Below are positions 8,185 to 16,335 of a DNA stretch of 64,000 nt, one piece after another (position 1 is the stretch's first letter; each line of letters opens with the position of its first letter). The stretch comes from an uncultured Bacteroidales bacterium (GTDB lineage Bacteria; Bacteroidota; Bacteroidia; Bacteroidales; UBA11471). Location of the stretch: positions 71,527 through 135,526 of the forward strand of contig CALUZW010000001.1 in the NCBI GenBank assembly GCA_944325415.1, read 5' to 3'. The position numbers were made by a program, and so were the translations under genes. The notes under the pieces were generated by a model. It was given only the letters and a program-made list of their open reading frames with translations. It was not told where the DNA came from and made no database searches.

Positions 8185-11100
8185 TCAACCGTTTTTTCCA
8201 CTTTTGTATTCCGTGGGAGACTGTCCGGTGCGTTCCTTGAACACTCGGCTGAAATATTGTGGAGAGGAGAATCCGCAGCGATAGGCAATTTCCGAGACAC
8301 GCCATTCGCCCTCGCGCAGGTATTCGATGGCTTTCCTGATGCGTATCTCCTGCACGAGCTCGATGGGCGAACTTCCCGTGAGCGATTTGATTTTCCGGTA
8401 AAAGACCGTGCGGCTTATGTGTTGGGTATCGGCCAGGTCTTCGATTTTGAAGTCGCTGTTCTGTATGTTGTTCTCTATCTCCTGAATGATTTTCCGCAGG
8501 AACGCGTCGTCGAAGCGGGTGAGCTGTCGGGACGAGGGGTTTGCGGCTCTCTCTTCGGTTTTTTCCTTGCCCGTTTTCCCCGGAATATCTTCCCGGTTCA
8601 GGTACCAAGATTTCAATTCCCGTCTTTTCTGCAAAAGGTTACGCACGCGGGCTTTCAGGTAGGCGGGGCTGAAAGGCTTGGTCAGGTAGTCGTCGGCACC
8701 GTACTCCAATCCTTTGATGCGGTCTTCGACCGACGACTTGGCCGATAGCAGAATGAAGAGCGTATGGGAGGTGTCGGTGTCTTGCCTTACGGCATTGAGA
8801 AATTCGATGCCGTCCATCTCCGGCATCATGATGTCGCTGATGATGAGGCCCGGCTGCATCGTGCGGGTCTTTTCGAGACCCTCCTTTCCGTTGGCGGCCG
8901 TTACGACGTTGTAGTCGTCTTGCAGAATGTATTTGATGAAGTGGCGCAGTTCGTCGTTGTCTTCTACGACAAGAATCGATTCGTCGCCGGCATCGGTCGG
9001 GGTGGCGTTCTCGTCTGCTCCCGGGTGTACGGTCTCTTTGTCGGCAACAATGTCGGTGAGCCGGCCGGGAGGATAGGCCGACTCGGCTGTCGGCAGGGAG
9101 ACGCTGAATGTGCTGCCCTTTCCCGGTGTGCTTTCGACCCTGACGGTGCCGTGCATGAGCTGTACAAACTCCTGTACCAGCGATAGCCCGATACCGGTGG
9201 AGAGTGTGTCGGGCGGGTTGTCGAGTGTCTCAAACCGGTTGAATATCGTGCCGACCTTTTCGGGCGCAATGCCTTGTCCTTCGTCGCGCACGGTGAGTTG
9301 CAGATGGTCGACGCCTGTTTCGAGCAATACCTCGATGCGTTTCCCGTCGGGGGTGTATTTGAAGGCGTTGGAGAGAAGGTTGAACAGGATTTTCTCAAAC
9401 TTGTCGGCATCGGTATATCCCCATGCCGGCGAACCGGTTGCCGTGAAGGTGTAGCCGATGTGCCGTTTATTAGCCAGATAGGCAAAAGATTCATAGGTGT
9501 GCCGGGCCAGTTGGTGCAGATCGGTGCGGGCGATGTGCAGCTCCATTTTTCCGCTCTGGGTCTTTCTGAAATCGAGTATCTGGTTGATGAGCCGCAACAT
9601 GCGACGGGTGTTGTGCCGGGCTATGGTGAGATTCTTGCGGAGTTCGGGAGCAAGTTCCTTTTGTTGAAGGGCCCAGTCGATGGGAGCCGCTATGAGGGTG
9701 AGCGGCGTGCGCAGTTCGTGCGAGATGTCGGTGAAGAATTTCAGTTTGAGGCGGGATACCTGCTGCTCGACAGTGATGCTGCGGCGCAGGTTGGCAATAT
9801 AGATGTATATGCCTGCGATGAGCAGGGCCAGCAGCAGGGCGGCACCGATGTAGAGCAGCGTGGCCCAGGGGGTCTCTGCGAAGGTGGGGGTGACCGACAG
9901 ATGCAAGATGCGGCTGTTGTTGCACCAGATGCCGTCGCCGTTTGTCGACCTGATTTCCAGGTCCCATTCGCCGGCCGGCAGGCCGGCAAAGCTCACGGTG
10001 CGGTTGTGCGACAGGTTGTTCCAGCCGTCGCTCCGCTCTTTTATGCGGTAGGCATACTGTATGGCGGCAGGTGCGGTGTAATCGAGGGCGGCAAAGGTAA
10101 TCGAGAAGTTGCGTTCACCCGGCGAGAGTATGAGGGTATCGGTGGTTATGGGTTTTGTGATGTCTTGTCCCTCGGTACCGGGTATCTGTATCTGAGTGAA
10201 GACGATGGGCGGTACGATGCGGCTTTTCCCTATATGCTCCAAGTCGAGTCTCAGCGTGCCGTAGGCAGTACCTACGTAGAAGTCGTTCCGTTTGCCCATG
10301 ACGGGAGGTACTTCGCTGATGGTCAGGGGGGAGAGACCGAAACGGTCGTAGGTCTCGGCCGTGCAGCCGTGCGGGTCGTAGTGGCAGATACTGTTCTGAA
10401 ACGTAATCCACAGCGCACTGTCGCTGCTCTCGGTCATGGCGTAGGCGAGGTCTGAGGGCAGGCCGCTACGGGTGTTGAAGTGTTCAAACTCGATGCTGTC
10501 GGAGAGCAGGTTGTCCGAGACAATGCGACTGATGCCTCCGCTGTACGGTACGACATAGAGGTCGCCGCACTGTCGCTGATACACATACATCACGTCGTTG
10601 TTGCTCAGGCTCGATGCCTGGTTCTGACGGCTCCGGTTGAGATGGAACGTCAACTCTCCGGCTTTGGAAAAGCGGCTGTCGAAAGAGAGCAGTCCGCCCG
10701 TTGTGGCCACCAGTATGGCCCCCCGGTCGGTAGGACAGATATGGCGTATCTTGGCGGCCTCCGACGGAAATCTCCGCAGTACGTTGCCCCGATGCAGAAA
10801 GCGCAGCGTTTCTGCATCGGCATTCTCCACGAGGTTGAGACCGCCGCCGTAGGTACCTATCCATATGCGGCCCTGCCTGTCGGCGCAGATGGTATAGATA
10901 GAGTTGTGGCTCAGGCTGTATGCCTCTTTCTCGTCGTGGCGGTAATGCTGTATGCGGTATCGCCTTTCGCCCTGTGGCGTGGCTACAAACAGCCCGCCCT
11001 CTTTACAGCCTATCCAGATGCGGTGGCGGGAGTCTTCAAACAGGGCGTAGGCATTGGCTCCGAAGCGAGCCTCCTGGCTGTCGACGATATTACCCTGCCG

Positions 11101-12468
11101 GGAGAGATTGCCGATATATCGGTTTGAGGCATCGTAGAGGACGATGGTGCCGTTCTTGGAGGCACACCACAATCGTTCCCGGCTGTCGACGAGAAGCCCG
11201 CGTATCCTGTTTTCTTTCTCCATTTCCGCACCGAGAAGGGTGTAGTAGCGGGGCGAGAATGTTACGTAGTCAAATCCTCCTTCGGCGCACAGCCACAGGT
11301 TCTTATGGTTGTCGACGAGGTAGTCGAAGCCGGTTGCCCGGTATCTCTCCTGCCGATTGTTGTGAAAGTGCTGTGCCGGTTTCAGGACATTCTCTTCCTT
11401 GTCGTAATAAGAGAACGCACCGTAATAAGGTTGTATCCATATCCCCCCGAAAGCATCTTCGTGAATGAAACGGTTCTTTTTCTGTGGCTCACGCTCGTAG
11501 GTTACGCGGCGGGGAGTACGGTCCGACGGGTCGATGCGCCAGATGGTGTCGAAGCCGTCGAACATCCATATCGTGCCCTCTTGCGACTGGTAGAGGTGGT
11601 TGATGTGCCACGTTATCCCGTTCGGGGCATTGATAGAGGAGAATTGTCCCTCTTTTCCCCGCAGAAGGAGTTGTTGCGGTGTGATGATGCATAGGGCGCT
11701 GTCGCTCAGTAGGTAAAGTCCGTCGATATATCTGGGCTTTGGGGGCAGTGTACACGTTTGCAGACTTTCTCCGGTGAAAGAAAAAAGCTTTCCGTTGGCG
11801 GTGGCCAGGAATACGGTGCTGTCGGAAACGCATATATGGCGGAATCTTTCCGGCATATCGAGCGCACGGTTGTACACGTGGGTCTCTTGCCGGGAGAGAA
11901 TCCATTCGTTGCCTTCGGCATCTTGGGTGATGGAGTAGATGTCGGAGGGCGATGCAACTTTGTCTTCGTGTTCCGTGACGGCAAGTGGCCCGGGTAACAG
12001 CCTCTCGTCGACGCGATAGAGTTTCCCGTCGGGGGTAACAATCCAGGTAACCCCTTTTTTCAGGGGGAAAATGCGGGCGGATTCGCCCGAGACAAAGTCT
12101 CCCTGTTCGGCCAGTGGGTTGAGGAACTGCTCGGTATCGCTGTCGAACAGATAGGTGTGTCCGCTGAATATCTGGCACCAGATGTGCGACCCGTAGCCGG
12201 CCACGATGCGGGTGATGCGGTTGTAGCTCAGCCGCACGCTGTCGGTGGGGTAGGATTTGTAATTTTTGAAATTGTAGCCGTCGAACCGTTCCAGTCCGTT
12301 CCATGTGGCCAGCCAGATGTACCCCCGGCTGTCTTGCAGAATACTCTGTATGTTGTTTTGCGACAACCCCTCTTCCAGCGAGTAGTGCCGCACGCTGAGG
12401 CGGCTCTCTCCGTAAGCGGTCGTCAAGGCGAAGAGGGCAAAAAGCAGAAAAAGTTTTCGGAACGGCAT
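8185..12468 (-). CDS. hybrid two-component system sensor histidine kinase / response regulator with AraC-type output (HTCS)
   Basis: 1427 aa. Long periplasmic beta-propeller-repeat region and TM LLYIGAALLLALLIAGIYIYI. HisKA FFTDISHELRTPLTLI, ATPase GIGLSLVQEFVQLMHG, receiver ILVVEDNDELRHFI...DIMMPEMDG. AraC HTH SEIAYRCGFSSPQYFSRVFKERTGQSPTEY. Confidence 0.93.
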   Translation of the reverse strand: MPFRKLFLLFALFALTTAYGESRLSVRHYSLEEGLSQNNIQSILQDSRGYIWLATWNGLERFDGYNFKNYKSYPTDSVRLSYNRITRIVAGYGSHIWCQIFSGHTYLFDSDTEQFLNPLAEQGDFVSGESARIFPLKKGVTWIVTPDGKLYRVDERLLPGPLAVTEHEDKVASPSDIYSITQDAEGNEWILSRQETHVYNRALDMPERFRHICVSDSTVFLATANGKLFSFTGESLQTCTLPPKPRYIDGLYLLSDSALCIITPQQLLLRGKEGQFSSINAPNGITWHINHLYQSQEGTIWMFDGFDTIWRIDPSDRTPRRVTYEREPQKKNRFIHEDAFGGIWIQPYYGAFSYYDKEENVLKPAQHFHNNRQERYRATGFDYLVDNHKNLWLCAEGGFDYVTFSPRYYTLLGAEMEKENRIRGLLVDSRERLWCASKNGTIVLYDASNRYIGNLSRQGNIVDSQEARFGANAYALFEDSRHRIWIGCKEGGLFVATPQGERRYRIQHYRHDEKEAYSLSHNSIYTICADRQGRIWIGTYGGGLNLVENADAETLRFLHRGNVLRRFPSEAAKIRHICPTDRGAILVATTGGLLSFDSRFSKAGELTFHLNRSRQNQASSLSNNDVMYVYQRQCGDLYVVPYSGGISRIVSDNLLSDSIEFEHFNTRSGLPSDLAYAMTESSDSALWITFQNSICHYDPHGCTAETYDRFGLSPLTISEVPPVMGKRNDFYVGTAYGTLRLDLEHIGKSRIVPPIVFTQIQIPGTEGQDITKPITTDTLILSPGERNFSITFAALDYTAPAAIQYAYRIKERSDGWNNLSHNRTVSFAGLPAGEWDLEIRSTNGDGIWCNNSRILHLSVTPTFAETPWATLLYIGAALLLALLIAGIYIYIANLRRSITVEQQVSRLKLKFFTDISHELRTPLTLIAAPIDWALQQKELAPELRKNLTIARHNTRRMLRLINQILDFRKTQSGKMELHIARTDLHQLARHTYESFAYLANKRHIGYTFTATGSPAWGYTDADKFEKILFNLLSNAFKYTPDGKRIEVLLETGVDHLQLTVRDEGQGIAPEKVGTIFNRFETLDNPPDTLSTGIGLSLVQEFVQLMHGTVRVESTPGKGSTFSVSLPTAESAYPPGRLTDIVADKETVHPGADENATPTDAGDESILVVEDNDELRHFIKYILQDDYNVVTAANGKEGLEKTRTMQPGLIISDIMMPEMDGIEFLNAVRQDTDTSHTLFILLSAKSSVEDRIKGLEYGADDYLTKPFSPAYLKARVRNLLQKRRELKSWYLNREDIPGKTGKEKTEERAANPSSRQLTRFDDAFLRKIIQEIENNIQNSDFKIEDLADTQHISRTVFYRKIKSLTGSSPIELVQEIRIRKAIEYLREGEWRVSEIAYRCGFSSPQYFSRVFKERTGQSPTEYKSGKNG

Positions 12469-12519
12469 TTCACGGTATGGTTTTCAGGTGGCAAGCTGCT
12501 CACGCTGGTTTGTCCTTGA

Positions 12520-12527
12520 CAAAGATA
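12520..12527 (-). promoter_or_regulatory. candidate Bacteroidota -7 box (TATCTTTG on minus strand) for the HTCS gene
   Basis: Plus-strand caaagata is TAnnTTTG on the minus strand, about 52 nt upstream of ATG 12468. Confidence 0.45.
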
Positions 12528-12630
12528 AGCAAAGGCGGGGAAGAAACGCAACTCTGTTGGGAGATTCTTGCCGGGTATTTCCGAAATTGACGAGAAATAA
12601 AGAGTCCCCGGAGGCTTGTCGCAACGCGAT

Positions 12631-12681
12631 AGAACAAGGCAGGCGGCTGCCCCCGGCAGGGGCAGCCGCCTGCCTTGTTCT
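12631..12681. terminator. perfect 23-bp-stem / 5-nt-loop GC-rich palindrome; possible U-tract-less terminator or protein-binding site
   Basis: agaacaaggcaggcggctgcccc (12631-12653), loop cggca, ggggcagccgcctgccttgttct (12659-12681). It lies 14 nt past the stop of the lyase gene at 12695. No T-tract on either strand. Confidence 0.5.
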
Positions 12682-12694
12682 ATGTGTGGAGAGT

Positions 12695-14875
12695 CTATCG
12701 GTAGAGGAATTTCTTTCCTTTTGTTATGTAGATGTGGCCCGGTTGCATCTGGGTAACGCGACGCCCTTGCAAGTCGTAAACCGCATCGTCGCGAAGGTCG
12801 GCTTTCACTTCGTCGATTCCGCTGCTCGACGTGGCGGTAAGCGTGATGTAGAAAAGGAAATTCTGGTCGGCCTTTGTCAGCGTGTGAGTACCGGCCGGGA
12901 GGGTCTGGGTAATGATGCTGCCCGATGTGGCCGCAACCTTTACGCCGTCGATTTTGATGTTGGGCGACGACCCGTCGTTGAAGACGAGGGTGAGTACCAT
13001 CTCTTCGGTAGTGGTGAAAGATACCTGGGTCGAAGATTCCATCTTCAAACATTCGGTGTAGGTAACGCCATTGACCGTGGCCGACCCTTTGGAGTTGGAA
13101 TAGTTGCAGGAGGTGAAGGTGTAGAAACTGTTCGAGGGGGTCATGCCGGTAAAGTAACATTCATACCCTTCGGCCGGGATTATCGGGGTTTCACCGCCAC
13201 CCTCTTCACCTCCTTCTTCGCCACCGTCACCGCCGCCTGTGCCTTGGTCGCCGCTATCGGTGAAGAGGCCCACGAGACTGGTCTGGTATCCGGTCACGGC
13301 AGCTTTCAGGCCGCTGTTCACATCGTAGCTCTTGTCGTCGACGGCATTGTCGAAACTCCATTGCAGGTCGCCGTGCTGCATGCGTCCGGCACCGTACTGG
13401 CCCGACAATATGGCGGGAATATCTTCGGCTGCATCGGGTGTGTAGGTATAGATGCGCGAGGGGTCGGTATCGAAGTTGTTGTAGGAGGTGCCGCCCAGTT
13501 TGGTCTTCACGGTGGCCGGTACCTGCTCGTCGCGTGAGGTGGCACCGTAGGCGTCGAATTCGACGTTGTTCTCCTGATAGGTGACGAAGCGGAAGCTCGA
13601 CGATTTCTCGGCAAAGAGATTTCCGTAGGCCTTTATGATACCGCCGGTCTCACCGCTGAACGTGCCGGCGCCCGATACAATGTCGGTGCCCTGCATCGAA
13701 ATCATCATGGGCTTGCTGGTGTTGCGGAAGTAGTTGTTCTCGACAAATACGCTCGATGCCATGGTGGAGCCTATGCCGTACTTGGCACAGCCGTCGTAGT
13801 AGTTGTTGTATACATGGCAGGAGTAGGAGCGTATGCGCGGGTGGCGGCTGTCGCTGTGGTCGTACCAGTTGTGGTGGTAGGTAATGTACATCTGGTCGTT
13901 TTCGCCGCTGAGGCCCAACAGATTGCACTTGCCGTTGTCCCAGAAGTGGTTGTAGGAGAAGGTTACATAGTTTGACTTTTTGCAGTCGAGGGCTCCGTCG
14001 CCTTTTACCTGGTCGGCGTCGCTGCCGGCGTGGCCGTAGAAGAAGTCGCAGTTATGCACCCAGATGTAGCTGTTGTCCTGTTGCAGACCGATGTTGTCGC
14101 CCTCTCCGCTGTCGCAGTTGATGGTGGCGAGGTTGCTGATTTCGATGGAAGAGGCGCTTTTGATGCGTATGCCCCAGCCGTCGAGGGTGGCGTCGTTGCC
14201 TACACCTTCGATGGTGATGCCGGGGCAGGCGGTTTTGTTATTCATGTCGATAACGATGTCTCCCTTGTCGGTAACCGCCGGGTCGGTAATCTGCCCTACG
14301 ACCCGTATCAGGAGCGGCCGCGACTCATAGCCCTTCTTGTATCCGTAGAGTATCTCCTGCAAACCGGTGCAGGAGGTTACGGCACCTTTGGAGCTGGTGG
14401 TTACGTCGAGCGTGAGGCTGTCTTTGTTCTTCTCGGTGAGGTAGAGTACGACGGTACCTGCTTTCAGGCTGGCGTCGGCATTGTAGACGCCTGGTGTCTT
14501 GCCGTTGAAGAAAGCATATCCCGTGCGGTCGTGGGCCCGCACTTCAAACGAAGAAGACTCGGCGGCGAGTTCTTCCATTTCGGTACCTTCGCTGTCGACG
14601 GGAACGACTTTGAGGGTGTATGTGCCGGCTGCGAGACCCATGGCATCGGCGCGACCGTAGAGCCCGTAGTTCCGTACCAGCTGGTCGTCGATTTTCTGGT
14701 AGGTACCATCGCTTTCCTTGCAGTACACATGGTATGAGGCGGCCTCGTCGACCGGTGTGAAGGTTACATAACCCGACTCAAACCAACCGCCGGCTTCTTG
14801 TATGCCGACTTGTGCTGTGGCCGTAAACGACACAGCAAGTGCCGTTGCCAGGAAACAAAGTTTTGCGTTTTTCAT
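12695..14875 (-). CDS. pectate lyase, family PL1, with Gly/Glu linker, unassigned C-terminal module and T9SS-type tail
   Basis: Likely start is MKNAKLCFLATALAVSFTATAQ at ATG 14875 (ORF track 14923). Motifs DADQVKGDGALDCKKSNYVTFSYNHFWDNGKCNLLG and HSDSRHPRIRSYSCHVYNNYY. Linker GGGDGGEEGGEEGGGE. Tail AVYDLQGRRVTQMQPGHIYITKGKKFLYR. Confidence 0.88.
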   Translation of the reverse strand: MKNAKLCFLATALAVSFTATAQVGIQEAGGWFESGYVTFTPVDEAASYHVYCKESDGTYQKIDDQLVRNYGLYGRADAMGLAAGTYTLKVVPVDSEGTEMEELAAESSSFEVRAHDRTGYAFFNGKTPGVYNADASLKAGTVVLYLTEKNKDSLTLDVTTSSKGAVTSCTGLQEILYGYKKGYESRPLLIRVVGQITDPAVTDKGDIVIDMNNKTACPGITIEGVGNDATLDGWGIRIKSASSIEISNLATINCDSGEGDNIGLQQDNSYIWVHNCDFFYGHAGSDADQVKGDGALDCKKSNYVTFSYNHFWDNGKCNLLGLSGENDQMYITYHHNWYDHSDSRHPRIRSYSCHVYNNYYDGCAKYGIGSTMASSVFVENNYFRNTSKPMMISMQGTDIVSGAGTFSGETGGIIKAYGNLFAEKSSSFRFVTYQENNVEFDAYGATSRDEQVPATVKTKLGGTSYNNFDTDPSRIYTYTPDAAEDIPAILSGQYGAGRMQHGDLQWSFDNAVDDKSYDVNSGLKAAVTGYQTSLVGLFTDSGDQGTGGGDGGEEGGEEGGGETPIIPAEGYECYFTGMTPSNSFYTFTSCNYSNSKGSATVNGVTYTECLKMESSTQVSFTTTEEMVLTLVFNDGSSPNIKIDGVKVAATSGSIITQTLPAGTHTLTKADQNFLFYITLTATSSSGIDEVKADLRDDAVYDLQGRRVTQMQPGHIYITKGKKFLYR

Positions 14876-14958
14876 GATGTATTTGTGTTTTGGGAAAGGA
14901 AAGAATCGGCCCAAGGTAAACATAAAAAATCAAAAACGCAAGTAAACCGTCAAAATAA

Positions 14959-15327
14959 TTATTTCATAAAGACAAAGTAGACCGCGAGTACGAGGCACAC
15001 GGCGGCGGCCAGGTGGTTCCATTGCAGCGATTCGTTGTGGAAGGCCAGGCTCGAAAAGACGGCAAAGACGGTGAGTGTGATGACCTCTTGTATTACTTTG
15101 AGTTGTACCAGGGTGAAGGGTCCGCCGTTTTCCTGGAACCCGATGCGGTTGGCCGGTACCTGGAAGCAGTATTCAAAGAGGGCGATGCCCCATGAGAGCA
15201 GTATCACACCGAAGAGAGGCCAGTTCGATATGAGTTTCATATCTTGCAGTTTGAGGTGGCCGTACCAGGCGAATGTCATGAAAATGTTCGATACGACGAG
15301 CAGCAGTACAGAGTATATTCCTTGCAT
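14959..15327 (-). CDS. small DMT-superfamily membrane protein (DUF486-like)
   Basis: 122 aa with four hydrophobic helices, MQGIYSVLLLVVSNIFMTFAWYGHLKL... Confidence 0.7.
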   Translation of the reverse strand: MQGIYSVLLLVVSNIFMTFAWYGHLKLQDMKLISNWPLFGVILLSWGIALFEYCFQVPANRIGFQENGGPFTLVQLKVIQEVITLTVFAVFSSLAFHNESLQWNHLAAAVCLVLAVYFVFMK

Positions 15328-15373
15328 GGTTTAAAGGGTATTATAAATGTATATAAAGATGTGTGTAAGAATT

Positions 15374-16162
15374 TCAGATGGGGTCGGAGTTGTTTTCTCT
15401 CTCTCTGCGGGAGGGGAGCGGACGGGGCAGGTACTCCTCCTGTATGTGGGTCATGCTGTTCCACAGGTGGCCGCGCAGTTGCGGGCTGATGGCTTGCAGC
15501 TGGTGCAGAATGTTCCGTATTTCGGGGCGGTGCGAGCTTTTCTCATAGGGGCAGCTCTTCTCCTGCCGGGGATAGTGGCCCGAGCGGCTCAACTCCACAA
15601 GGTCGTTCTCGGCGATGAGGCAGAGCGGGCGGATTATTGTCATGTCGAATTTCTTCATGGCCAGACGGGGAGGCATGGTGGCAAAAGAGCCTTGGAAGGC
15701 CATGTTCATGAGCAAAGTCTCGAAGAGGTCGTCCTGGTGATGGCCGAGGGCTATCTTGTGGCAGCCTCTCTCCCGGGCGATGTCGAAGAGTGCCTTGCGC
15801 CGATACCAGGAGCATAGAAAGCAGGGCGTCTTGCGCCGGTCGGTCGACGGGTCAAAGGCGGTCTCCCGCTCCACATACTCGATACCGAATGCTGCGCAAT
15901 GTTCGCGCAGGGTCGACGTGTCGCTGTGGTAGGCGATGTTGCTCATGCGTATGTGGGCGGCCGTGAGGGTGAACCGTGGCGCAAAGATGCGGGAACGCCG
16001 GCCCAGCAGTTCGACCAGTGCCAGCGAGTCTTTCCCGCCCGACAGGCCGATGAGCAGGTGGTCGCCCTCGTCGATGAGGCCGTAGTCGTCGATGGCTTTC
16101 TTTACCTGGCGGTCGAGACGGCGCAGCAGAATTTCCCGTTCGGGCGATGAGGATTGGAGCAT
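15374..16162 (-). CDS. ttcA: PP-loop ATPase, tRNA 2-thiocytidine synthetase (TtcA)-like
   Basis: PP-loop LIGLSGGKDSLAL and Cys motif PCFLCSW. The ORF track start at 16195 is TTG. ATG 16162 (MLQSSSPE...) is preferred. Confidence 0.75.
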   Translation of the reverse strand: MLQSSSPEREILLRRLDRQVKKAIDDYGLIDEGDHLLIGLSGGKDSLALVELLGRRSRIFAPRFTLTAAHIRMSNIAYHSDTSTLREHCAAFGIEYVERETAFDPSTDRRKTPCFLCSWYRRKALFDIARERGCHKIALGHHQDDLFETLLMNMAFQGSFATMPPRLAMKKFDMTIIRPLCLIAENDLVELSRSGHYPRQEKSCPYEKSSHRPEIRNILHQLQAISPQLRGHLWNSMTHIQEEYLPRPLPSRRERENNSDPI

Positions 16163-16182
16163 GGCTTTGAGTTTTGCGGCTG

Positions 16183-16190
16183 CAAAAGTA
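16183..16190 (-). promoter_or_regulatory. candidate -7 box (TACTTTTG on minus strand) for the ttcA-like gene
   Basis: Plus-strand caaaagta, 21 nt upstream of ATG 16162 and downstream of the receptor-gene terminator. Confidence 0.4.
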
Positions 16191-16272
16191 CGCAAATTTT
16201 CATATCGTTATCGGGGTGCCAACTCTTTTTTCGTGTCGATACATGGCTCGTTCCCCTGTTTGGTGCCGGTGT

Positions 16273-16312
16273 AAAAAAAAAGGGCGAAGACGTGCAAGCT
16301 CCGTCTTCGCCC
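16273..16312 (-). terminator. rho-independent terminator after the TonB-dependent receptor gene
   Basis: 11-bp stem gggcgaagacg (16282-16292) / cgtcttcgccc (16302-16312). On the minus strand it is followed by T9 (16273-16281). Confidence 0.8.
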
Positions 16313-16335
16313 GTGTTGTTGTCGCGCTGTCAGCG

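Noticed and set aside
13181-13252. GGTGAAGAGG-type nucleotide repeats that looked like a microsatellite
   Set aside because: They are in frame within the lyase gene and encode the Gly/Glu interdomain linker. They are not a non-coding repeat or a slippage tract of identical units.
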